DNA of 62,983 nt, counting the filler, from Choristocarpus tenellus KU-1152 (Eukaryota > Protista > Phaeophyceae): NCBI GenBank assembly GCA_964200185.2. It is 13 parts of 13 records of this genome, joined end to end, with 100 filler letters (N's around TTAATTAATTAA, not from the genome) between each part and the next. Parts side by side here need not be neighbours in the genome. Positions count along the whole stretch, not along the records: positions 12,248 to 15,984 come from CAXNAD020018225.1; positions 16,085 to 23,093 come from CAXNAD020006874.1; positions 23,194 to 29,068 come from CAXNAD020009539.1; 10 more parts are not named here. The stretch is one strand, 5' to 3'. A program made the translations under genes and the position numbers. Of this stretch, positions 12,279 to 23,592 are shown piece after piece. Position 1 is the stretch's first letter; every line of letters starts with the position of its first letter. The notes under the pieces are model-generated. The model was not told the DNA's origin, ran no database searches, and worked only from the letters and a program-made list of their open reading frames with translations.

Positions 12279-13808
12279 CTCCAATGGCCCTTTCGGTATC
12301 TGCTCCATCCTCCAATCCACCCGTGTCAATGATCTCGAACTCCATGCCTGCAAAGGACACCTATGGATGAATAGAGACGAAAAGAGGTTCAAGCACTGCT
12401 AGAGGCAGGATGCAAGTGTTGTGATAATGAATGCATGAGTATAGATATTGTTACAACACCGTAACATTGAAATGGGTGCTCACAACTTCCTACGCCCATG
12501 GACCACTTTGCTAGGCAAGACATGTGCTTTTAGTTATACAGTTGATTATGATACTCTTTGATTCAATCGGGTATGAAAGAGATTGGGGGGGGAAGGGGCA
12601 AGGAGGAATGGGGGTGAATTGCCCGATTCTCTCCACCTAATGCCGAATATAAGCGGAAGTAGAGCCCTGGGCAACAAATGATGCAATCAACTACAATGAT
12701 GAAACTAGTGTACAACACAAATAGGCCATTGCACCAGGCCTAGATGTGGGTTATGAGCACTGGTTGGGGTAATCGGAGCTACTTCCTACTTGAAAAAGGA
12801 TAACCTTCCTCGAGACCCAGGGGTCGACTCGATACAACGAAGAGACGTTAACGAACTGGAATCAAGTGTAGTAGTTGGAGAATGCAAGCGCTATCGTTGA
12901 GAAGAGGCAAAAATAGCCAACCCTCTTTCAGACAATGGGCAATGATAACAGAGATTGTTGGGAGCTAAATATCGAGCCCAGTTTCCCACCCATAACCTCT
13001 CGCAGAGAATATGTAGATAGTGACAACCGTCAGCTCTTGAGACTTTCGATGGGGATGCTGGAGACTTTGCTGCCATCTGAATGCTACATCCCGATTCTTC
13101 CTTGTGCACTACAAACTTCCTGGATAGTGCGGCGATAGAAAATTTGTGCAAGGTGCCCATATCTTGGGTACTCAAGTGTTCTACAGAGTAATGGCTCCGG
13201 ACGAAACCTCACCATTTCCTCCTTGAGGTCCCTAGTTGTACCCGCAATCGGCGTCACGATCGCCTTGTTTCTCTTGGTCAGACGATTATATAACGTCGAC
13301 TTCCCAACGTTAGGACGTCCCACGATCACAACGCGGAACACCCCTTCGTGCTTCGGGGCGCTCAACCGTGACCCTCGCCGATGGATGTTAGTTCCCAGTG
13401 TTATCGGCATTAGGTAGGGCTTCTGGTGTATGTTGAAGGAAGAGTTGACCCCTCTTCGACCTCTCTTGCGGCGCCGGCCGGATCGTCTCGTCTCGACACG
13501 TGCGCTTAGGGATCGACTGTGTCCCCAAGGCAAGAAAGCCTTGGATACGGTTGAGTGGTAGAGTGAGTTTGTGCTTGGCGAAATGCCTGCGGGATCAAAG
13601 ATTGACGCGCAATAAAGCACTGGCACACAATCTAGAGGTTATCGAGCAAAAGAACATGCGATAGAGGTGTGTTCCTTCTCTTTCCTACCATGCTCTGCAG
13701 TGTGGCACTCCTCGAAGGGCTACTCCACGGTACACGAAGACCTAGCATATCCTCCACACACGATAGTGCAGTCCCTCTCATTCGGCATAGGGGGATACGC
13801 CTCAACAT
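12279..13808 (-). CDS. der: GTPase Der/EngA, organellar, 3' partial (exon ending at 13213, exon 12360-12279; 5' structure uncertain)
   Basis: [18 protein letters not shown] (G1), GTTRD (G2), spliced in phase to [16 protein letters not shown] (G3). The Arg/Ser-rich N-terminal extension ([11 protein letters not shown].. at 13808) resembles a mitochondrial transit peptide. Confidence 0.85.
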
Positions 13809-14414
13809 CGAGTAAGCTGATATAGAAATTGAAAACAACTCAGAGAAGCGAAAATTGGAAGCTTGAGCTCACAACGGCAGCCCAACGGCGATGCAAGCAC
13901 TTCTTATTCAGAACCCAACATGCACACAAACAACCATTGCCAGGTGGGCTTGTTGCAAACCTGGCGTAGGCGTCGACAATTCAAATCCAAAGTGAGTGTT
14001 GGGTGTTTGATGGGGAGATTGGAGATGTACCTGTACCTATCATAGACACTAGCATGGAAGCACAACATGGATGGAGTGCTGTGGAAGCCGTTTCAGGTGC
14101 TCGACCTGGGAGTACACCGAAACTCTTCTTCAACAGGTAGAGGAGGGTTTGTCATATCCAGCCGATTTGAATGTCTGTAGAACTGAACGTCGATTCCTGT
14201 GTGAATCCAGTCCCGTTGGAACTAGTACCTTGAGGAGAGGACGACCCTCTTTCATTTGTGAGCACGCTCGCGCACACTGATGAAACTTTTTCTCTCAGCT
14301 GTTGGCCGTCAATATCGTAACATCAGTCTCATCTGCCCAGTGTGAGGACTCGAAGTACGCGTACTAAGGAGCGCTGAGTTCCCATAGTACTGCCACCACC
14401 CTCCTCCCAATGCA

Positions 14415-15509
14415 GTGTAACTGGAGTGTCTACCTTTGAAAAGCCGGATGAGCTCAAGTCGAAGGAAGAGCTACTTCGGGTGAGTGCTACGTCTAAAGAG
14501 CGTTGACTTTCCTATGGTTTGGTCATTGAGGTATAACAACACATATCAAGTACTGGGTATGAACTAGGGAAGAGTTGGGCATATCATTGCGATTAGCTTA
14601 TCCCCATACAGACTCTTCCCCCGGCATCCCATTCTGCGCTCACCCTACAAAGCATAGATATTTTGCCTAACACCATTACATCATGCCACAGGATGGGGTG
14701 CTTGCATCCTCAATGGGGGGAAAGGGCGCTGCTACAACGGACGAAGCTGAACCGGAGCTCTCACTTTCTAGCTTCGATGACATCGACGAAGAGGACCGAG
14801 CCGGGAGAAAGACACGCCTGTTCAAGCGAAATGAGACCCGGGGGTACCTCAACACAGACTCCTTCGAAGCATCCAGTGTGGAAAAGGTTCGTCGAACTGT
14901 GTGCCACACTCCCTCCATTCGTATAGCCACAACTGACACAGCCATCTGATGGAGTAGGCGTTGGAGTGGGCTATCTCGATCGGTGGTGGGGCGGGGCGGG
15001 GCGGGGTTTTTGGTGTTTTTGACGGGGATGAGAGGCATTGAGGTGAAGGATGTGACTCTTACGTACTAAATGAAAATGTGTTTGCTTGCATGGTAAGACA
15101 GATAACCTGATTTAGTGGCGTTCCTGTGCTTGAAGCAGGGATACAATCCTTCTTTTGAAGTGTGTTGTGTGCGCAGTGTGTGTTCAGTACCATGTTTGTT
15201 CCGAGCGACAAGTACAAAGGGAAGAGATTCAAATAATTCTTTAGCATTGGAGAATCGAATTTTTAGCCCCATTTGGCAGATCAATTGCATACACACACAC
15301 GCGCGCGCTCTTCTGTTATAAGCTCTGGCATCTCTTGATCGATCCCTGCAGCCCATTGGCGAGGACAATCGGGGCTACCGCCTACTGGCTAAGATGGGCT
15401 GGAAGCAGGGCCAGGGATTGGGCCAGGGAGGCAAGGGTATAACGGCACCTGTAGTTCTCAAGGCACAGTTTGCCACCATGGGCCTGGGAAAGATGGAAGA
15501 GGACGACAG
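14415..15509 (+). CDS. G-patch domain protein, GPATCH8-like N-terminus, partial (exons 14415-14479, 14692-14886, 15352-15509)
   Basis: SVEK|PIGEDNRGYRLLAKMGWKQGQGLGQGGKGITAPV..MGLGKMEEDD is a canonical G-patch. Splice phases agree; start codon uncertain. Confidence 0.8.
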
Positions 15510-16570
15510 GTGTGTTTGTGAATATGTCTGTGTGTTTTTCCGAGGGCATTTAATTTTCTTCAAGTGGATCCACTATGTGTTTCAGCTGTGTTATCATTCA
15601 TTAGTTTTTGTTGGACCTCTTCTCACACCATACCTTTATTTGAGTTGTGTGGTCTCTCACACCATACCTTGAGAAGCATAGCATCAGTTTGTAGGATTGA
15701 AAATTGTATTTTTAACTGTTTTTCAGTAGATACATATAGATACATACACATCCATATATTTTTATTGATATTACAACAATATAGTACAGCAGTATGCAGT
15801 TGCCTTTATGAACTAACAGTTAAAACATTGCTATCCACTGTATTGTTTTTTATTCAACCCCTACTCTTTTTTTTAAGAGTTTAATCTTGTTACCTATGTG
15901 TGTTTATGTTTGCCGAAGGTCTGAATTGGGGCACCTCCACCTTGTATTTCCAATGCATGCCGTGTTGGGTACACCCTCACCTATNNNNNNNNNNNNNNNN
16001 NNNNNNNNNNNNNNNNNNNNNNNNNNNNTTAATTAATTAANNNNNNNNNNNNNNNNNNNNNNNNNNNNNNNNNNNNNNNNNNNNGTGCTTGAGTGCTTAT
16101 GTGTTGGGGGCTTGTATTAATACACAGCATTGTACCAATAATGTGTGGGTATGGTACCCTACAGTCTGACGATACCCTGCATGCCAGTAGCACAACATTT
16201 GATGGCCACCTTCCCAAGATCTAGGATGAACGGTTGAGGGAAAACAGCAAGATTGATGGCTGTTTGAGCATGTGGTGATCCTCGGCCAGTCTCTCGCCCT
16301 CTCTGTGGTGTTCACTACCCCCCCTGGTGTATGGACAACAACGCTAATGACACAATGAAGGAAACACAGATTGTCTATGGGCATCAGTTCGCTCAACAAG
16401 TTGGCTAGCAAGGAAGAGCTATGCATGGTATGGGCTGCAAGTCAATGAAGCTGAATAGGCTTACTCCTTGATCTAACGATGGGTGTATTGGTTACGGGTT
16501 TGGTCACGAATACGGCGGTAAGTATGTTCTTGCGTTCCACCACTCTAATGGATACATCACAATTCTGTAC

Positions 16571-17285
16571 TTGCTTGGGAGGCTCCAACACGAACTCCAT
16601 CAGGATCTGTAGTGTCGATGTGGTTGATGCGACATCCCAGCTGGACAGTCACGCCCCTTTCACGCACATGATCGGCTAAGGCAGAGGTTACGGCGAATGC
16701 ACCTCCACCGAAACGTAGCTTGGCTGAATCAAATGGCTCGTCTGATCTGAACGACCAGCCGAAGAACAGTGGGATTGGGGTGATATCATAGTGTGGTTAC
16801 AATCCTGTCACAGAAGACCCACAGGAATCCTTCCGATTGATGCATATATTCACCCAACCTCATAATTGAGTTCCCCAAATCCAGTGCACTCCAACCCTTG
16901 TCGTATTGAGGAAATGTCGGTACTGAAAGTCTTCTGGCAAGATGAGGGCACTCATGATGAACCGACTTCCAGCACCATGCTCCTCCCACATCCACACCTG
17001 CGGCGGAGGATAGGCGACAATAGAGATACTTGAGCCCTACAGGAAAGGGTGCTTCACCTGTTCTCTTAGCGCTAACTTCCCAATAATGTGAAAAAGAATA
17101 CTTGTCAAGCTCCAGAATAGATACCTTCCATCCTACGCAAGACTCATACCTTCATGGGCTAGTAGTCGACCTCCCACCCTTTCTCTTGCATCAACCACTC
17201 TGATAGTGTCTTTACATCCAAGGTCCAATAGATGCAAAGCGGCCGTCAGTCCAGATAGTCCCGCTCCGACGATGATAATAGACAT
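16571..17285 (-). CDS. Flavin monoamine oxidase family protein, 5' part (exons 17285-17150, 16997-16854, 16741-~16571)
   Basis: MSIIIVGAGLSGLTAA (GxGxxG), DARERVGGRL (GG motif), VDVGGAW, then KLRFGGGAFAVTSALA..VQLGCRINHI. Phase-1 junctions are consistent. Confidence 0.85.
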
Positions 17286-17744
17286 GGGGCAACGATGTTT
17301 GGTACACTGAAGGTCGTATGTAGAGGAGTGTATATTTTGAACTTCACCTACAAGTGGAAATCAACACAGTAAAGGTCATTGGTGGGAATCAGTAGGGAAG
17401 TTGACTTGATAAACTATGCGATTAGGAGTATTCTAAACGTTCCATATCGGTACATTTTTCTCTAACGCCACACAATAGTTTGAAGTTTCCCGTTTTCCAC
17501 CTTTTAAGATCCCAAGTCTGAGGAAAGGTATTAGTCCGTGTCGATAAGATCGATATTTCATTGGTGGGAATCAATACGTTCATGATCAGTGGATTGGTGG
17601 AATTGGAGGAAATTCAAAATCGATTTTTCTTATTTATCTTTTTTGGCATTCAAGATGAGTTTTTTGTACTTGAACTCCTCTGGTTCGAATCCCATCGTTG
17701 CTAGACTTCTTTTCAACCAATCTAGTTTCACCTCTTCAGTTCCA

Positions 17745-18325
17745 CATGGGAAGCACAAAGGATTGTATACCAGAGCAGAAACAATTGAGAGGTAGGCAGG
17801 GTTGCATTCTAAGCATCCAGGGAAGGGTAGAACTCTGTCATTTTGTACAATTGCAAAAAGAGTCTTTCCTTAATTGTGGTATCACTTGTGTGTGGAAGGG
17901 GGAACATAGATTTTTCGTAGACCTGTTACAGGCGATATATGACCTTGAAGTCCTAGATTTGATATGTTTGTACTTCTTGACTATTTAGTTATTATCAGGT
18001 TGTATATCATTGCCAGTTCCTTTTTTTACAATGATATTGATACTTATGGAGGGAATAATCCAAGTGAGAGATCCAGCATACATTGACGACTTGTGCATCA
18101 GGAGTCCTTTACGTGCATCACCGTCATCTATAGGCTTGTGGACTGGAGCTATTCATCCTGGGGAGGTAAGCTTCTGGAGCATGCTGTAGCAGACCATTGT
18201 GTACATAAAGCAATGAAATAGAGTGTAGTGCACAGGGTAAAAAAGATGGCTTAGAATGCAAAATGGTCCAAACCTGCCTACCCCTCAATTGGTTTGACTC
18301 ACCAGTACTAACTATCCTGTCTGCT
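17745..18325. repeat. Imperfect inverted repeat (arms ~17745-17817 and ~18245-18325), probably an old foldback element or MITE
   Basis: CAATTGAGAGGTAGGCAGGGTTGCATTCTAAGCATC pairs with GATGGCTTAGAATGCAA..CCTGCCTACCCCTCAATTG. A related motif lies near 54872. Confidence 0.55.
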
Positions 18326-19607
18326 CATACAACATAAGAAAAACCGTCAGGCCGAGATTTAAGTGACCACGCTGAGGCAGGTCAAACACGAATTCCGTGG
18401 GAGAAAGCAAAGGGACGAGGGGTGGGATATTGCTGAACCCAACATACGAGGAGTGCTAGGCCCGATTGAGCCAGTGATAAAATTTGTGGCATTACTAACG
18501 CAACAATTTTTGGTACATGTAAGTGAATTGTCGAAATAGATTTCCAGGAAAGGCATTGGGGGTTAGGACAAACGAAATTCATCCAGCGAACCGTTGCGTT
18601 GACCACTGAACCATGAGGATGTGCACAGTCAATGGTGATTATTTTCAGTATCGTATTTTATAAACAGTAGTGTGTAGTGTAGTGACCACACTTTGGTATA
18701 GTCTCCAGACCAACTTAAACTGCCAGGAAAAAAAGTACTGTTAATACTAGGCACATTTATATCATGTATGTTGTCATTTTTACCACTGACATGTTGCAGA
18801 GATTCCCATGTACAAAAGAAACATGAAGGAAAGAAGACTATATGACACAATAATAATAGTGATATGACAAAGTCTGCGAAAGAGGAAATGTTACGGGCGA
18901 GCAAAGCAAGTATTTCTTCTTGCACTCTATCCAGTGCGAGCAGTAAGCGTGCGTGTGGACCTTCCAAATGGAGAGGTCCGATTCGCTATAGCTATATTGT
19001 AAAAATTTGTAACTTAGAATGATCTAAAGGTTTTCAGATTTATTACAGTGTCTGAAAAACGATAAGAACAGAGTTCATGAACAGAGATTGCCCACAGGTC
19101 TCCGTTCTTTGATATCTTTTGTCGTATGTTCACATCGAGAAGAACTATACCTTCATCTGCTGACCTGATAAATACCATCCTCACTGGTCATCATGCTATC
19201 CGTATACCTCACAGGCTTCCAGTATGTGCATCGGCGCCATCTCTAGGCTTGTGGACTGGATCTGTTACAGCGTGCCCCCCCAGAACTCACCTCCACAGGA
19301 TATGCAACTCAAATCCAACGACCTTAAAACGAGGCTACACGGGGGTTCACAGATGATGACCATGTATGGTGTCAGTTGATGCTTAGCTCGGTCGATGTCT
19401 CGCTTTTCGCTTTATCAAAAGAGGGTAAGGATAAAAAAAACTGAGCATGTGGTCAAAACTCAGCCTTTTATTAACACCATTCACCGTTTTTCTACAGTCA
19501 AAGAGTTAAATGAAGTCTGCAAACTGCTGTGTAAATACTCCAATCATAAATCTTTATTCTGTAACTTTCAGGAAATAACATCTATTCGGTAAGATTATGT
19601 ACATATT

Positions 19608-19865
19608 GAGCCAAAGTATCTTAAAGGGTGGGGCCGCGTCCATTTGGGGGCCAAAATCCAATGTTGCGAATTTGACGTAATTTTGGCTATCTTTTTGTTA
19701 GGAAGAGTCAATGTCCTTGTTCTGGACACACATTTTCATAACGTATACATTTTACCTACTCCGAAACATTTTGGAGTAGGAAAATGTCCTAAAAAAAAAC
19801 ATGGAAAGCCAAGCCCCAAATGGACAAACAGGGCAAAACTCGTACCCTCTAAGATACTTTCACTC
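19608..19865 (+). mobile_element. MITE family B, full length (258 bp)
   Basis: TIR GAGCCAAAGTATCTT.. / ..AAGATACTTTCACTC and internal hairpin CATTTTACCTACTCC..GGAGTAGGAAAATG. Homologous copies at 20613, 48300, 51803, 61039. Confidence 0.9.
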
Positions 19866-20612
19866 CGTTTCAGCTTCCTGTAGCTTATATCGGGTCTTGT
19901 GATGGCCTCCACGGGGATCTAGTCCTCCGCACGTCCTCTGTTGAGCTGCACGAGGATCTAGTCCTCCGCACGTCTTCCGTTGAGCTGCACGGGGATCTCG
20001 TCCTCCGTACGTCCGTTGTTGATTCCTCTTCGCAGTTCCAGTGTGATATTTGTTCCTGTTCCGTTAATGTCTCCATGAGTTCAGGATGACGTATATTCGC
20101 CGCACAATGTCTTATAGACCCTTTCGCTGACATAAACCACCAGATATAATCTCCATGTTGTCCAAGTCTCCACTGATCGTGCTGGTGCTCCAGTTCAGTT
20201 GGGCAAATTCTTCATGTCGTTCGGGCCCATCACCTGCTCCTTTTCTCCGTATTACTGAGGCTCATAACCTGTGCAAATTACCTTGGGAGGTAATGTTATT
20301 TGTTAGTAGTGAAGATAAGAAGGTGGGGAGCCTCACACGACCCCCTTTGCTGAACGTGATTACATGGTTGAAATTGGAAGAGTGACCTTTGTGTATGGTG
20401 TCTTCTAATTGCTTGTTTATTATTTATTTGCGCTTCCTATCTGAGTCAACGGTCATGTCAAAGTTATTTGAATGCAGAATAAATACCAATACATAATCCC
20501 ATACATAATCTGGATGTACTATCTCATTAGTTACATCACATGGACTCAATCCAGTACAATAATATCATATGCACAAAATACGGTACGCTTCACTATTGTC
20601 CTATTTTGCACA
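19866..20612 (-). mobile_element. Copia 5' remnant: LTR 20270-20612, PBS GGTTATGAGCC, degenerate internal start containing a 39-bp x3 tandem repeat (~19909-20022)
   Basis: The reverse complement aligns end to end with LTR 49424-49756 (TGTGCAAA..TTTGCACA) and its PBS. Confidence 0.85.
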
Positions 20613-20858
20613 TCTTAGAGGGTAGAGCCGTGTCCACTTGGGGGTCAAAATCCAATGTTGCGATTTTGATGCTATTTTGGCTATCGTTCTTGTTAGGAAG
20701 TGTCACTATCCATGTACTGGACACACCTTTTCATAACATATACTTTACCTACTCCTAAACATTTAGGAGCAGGAAAATGCCATAAAAAACCCGATGGGAA
20801 CCCAAGCTCCAAATGGACAAAGAGGGCAAAACTTGTACCCTCTAAGATACTTTCACTA
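20613..20858 (+). mobile_element. MITE family B, left TIR cut by the Copia LTR
   Basis: Begins TCTTAGAGGGTAGAGCC directly after the LTR terminus; right TIR AAGATACTTTCACT present. Confidence 0.88.
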
Positions 20859-21693
20859 TTTACCTTTGTATTCTGTTTCCTGCAGGTCTGGGTTTGCCAT
20901 ACTTGTGTTGCTTGTTTGTCACTCTTTTAAACATTGTCGCACTGTGCACCAATCAAAGGGATGTTTGTCAATCAATCAACTTGGCACCCAGTGCAACGAA
21001 ACCGACTGGGAAAACATCCCTAGAGGATATTCACCTTGATTTTGCACTTAGCACCCCCAGCAACCAATGTTCGTTAGCAGTATGGCACTGGATGCGGCCT
21101 TATTTACAAGTCAATATTACCCATCCCATTTTTATTTAATGCCCAACTTGAGCTGCGTGGTGATGAGATTTGTATGCAATCCTCCCTACAAAAAATAGTT
21201 TTTAACTTCTTACCACACAAGATGCATGGGGGGCAAGGACTTTCTTTCGTCAGATTTTACAAAATGTTGAAAAAGTTGATGGGAGCTGCAGGATCCATAC
21301 TCTTATCAACTTTAGCCATTTATCAATCAGACTCTCTTGCTGTGCTATCATTGACAGATTATTATACAATGGCTATAAATACTTCAAAGAAATATTCAAC
21401 AGTATTTATTGAACAAAAGATACAGATATTTTGAAGACTGAATAAAAAAACTCCAACCCTAAAATATATTTTTGCAAAGTGAAGTGGACCATGTAAAGCT
21501 GCAGAAGGATAGTCTCTTCAGGCTAGGATAGAGCACCATTTCTGATATTTGTGTGTGCTTGTTGATGCACAATTATTGGGACTCTCCAAAAAAGTCGCTA
21601 TGGGTAGCTTCCTTAGGTAACTGGTTGCTGTGATCATTGTTGTGCCCTAAGCAGTAGGACTGCAAGGTCTGTGTACCTCTTCAAATATCTACA

Positions 21694-22122
21694 GGTAGAA
21701 ACCATTCCGAAGAAAGGCCAAAAGAAAATTCTCCAGTCTCTTCAAACAACTACAGAAGCATTCAGAAGAAATGGAAGGGGGACAGTATGACTATACAGTA
21801 CTGCAGGTAGAACGTAAGGGAGGCGGTATGACGATAGCTTCAGATATCCACCGTTTCATGTGTAGCAATAGCTTGGGCAATCACAACTCTGGATATTGTG
21901 CCCATGCTCTCTTTTGCCTTCTGTACTCCCCCAGGAAAAGGTTTTAGATGAGACTTGAAGAAACACAGGAGGCTATATGTGCACCCTCTGCAAAGGAGTA
22001 CAACCTTTCTTCTAGGGAATTGGAAGCCTTTAAGGTCATGTCAATGTACACAAATGAAAGGGATGACTAGCTCACCATGGCAAAGAGGCACCTACGAGTC
22101 CAGCAGGATGCCTGCTTCTTTA
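21694..22122 (+). pseudogene. Possible decayed spliced gene or transposase relic (two exon-like blocks with stops)
   Basis: Exon-like purine-rich blocks bounded by CAG/GT (KAKRKFSSLFKQLQKHSEEMEGGQYDYTVLQ; RLEETQEAICAP..*..). No family recognised. Confidence 0.2.
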
Positions 22123-23592
22123 GGTATTGGAAAGAGCAACCTTTTTTCTTGAAGTTTTCTAAGAAGTGCAGTTGTGTACCTTTAGTGAGTTGAAGGTTGG
22201 ATGAGCAAGAAGCACAGGCCAATGGGCTAGTTGTTATATATTATTATTCCCCCTGAGACATTGCTATTATATACTATGTTACAGGGGAGGGGGGGGGGGG
22301 ACATGACCAAAACCGCATGAGAAGGACTATTGTACTACTAATACAACAGTTGTCGTCAATGCTAGGACATGTCCTTTATAAATATCTTCTATTCCAAAAT
22401 TAACAATAAAACAATGTCATCTTGGAGACTGCCCTTTGCTATGCAGTGTATACATTGCCATGCCTCTAATCTAGTCCTATAAAGGAGGGTGAAGAGGTAG
22501 GGAAGTATCCCAACAAAGTGTTTTGAGGTATAACACTAGATAGAACCCTACAAGAACCCTACAGGAATTCTATTATATCAAGCCAAACGAACTCGACCAA
22601 ATAGGCAGAGCATGCTAGCAACAGACCTATTGAGAGTACCGTGAATCAATGTTGTTTCTTGAACAACTATGTGGTACAGTAAGCACAGCACACACCAAAA
22701 CATGCTACTATACCAAAATATCCTAACAAGGTTTTTCTGCTTGTCACTTTTTCGAATCATTTTCGAGGTAATTTGAAAGTGCAAGACCCCACCAAGAATC
22801 ATAAATCGCAGGCACACCAATGATGCCCAATCGTAAATTTGTGTTCCTTAGGAACATAAGGATGGTTGCAAGGAAGAGCCAAATCAACTACATGACAGCC
22901 ATTTCCACAAACAGGTAAACATATCCAGAATAAATCCATCTCCTTCAAGTGTAGCATCATGCCCATTGACATTTTACGGATGATGTCATTCAGGAGAGAA
23001 AAGCAACATACAAGGAAAACAAGGCTCCAAATATCTGGGGGGGGGGGGGGGGGGGGGGGGCTGACAGAGGGGAAGGGCGTGGGGGGGGGAAAGNNNNNNN
23101 NNNNNNNNNNNNNNNNNNNNNNNNNNNNNNNNNNNNNTTAATTAATTAANNNNNNNNNNNNNNNNNNNNNNNNNNNNNNNNNNNNNNNNNNNNCTCTGCT
23201 GGCTCCCCCCCCCCCCCCCCCCCCCCCCAGATACTTTGGGTCTGATCAGCAGCTCCGCCATAAGTTGTGCTACTTTATATGCACATTCTTTTTATGCACT
23301 CTAAAGTGAAGTATCCACTTAGTTATTCCGCCTTTATCCTGTGTTCCGTTCCCAAACCTCTAGGGGCCAGATAAAAACTTTTTCATCGCTTTGAAGCCAA
23401 CTATTGGGTAGACATATAGCGCATATTGCCGTCAAAGCTCACCCTCAACGGCAGCAAGGGGTCAAAATTAGTCCAGAAAGTATTGTGTGTCATTATAAAT
23501 AAATATTGAGTTTTGTAGGTACAACTTGAGAGAACTAATCTGCTGTAATTGCAAAATGGAAAAGCAACCCCATGCACTGGTATCAGCTTCAA

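Noticed and set aside
19909-20022. 39-bp x3 repeat (and the 29-bp x3 at 40282) as CRISPR arrays
   Set aside because: Head-to-tail units without unique spacers, eukaryotic context, no cas genes.
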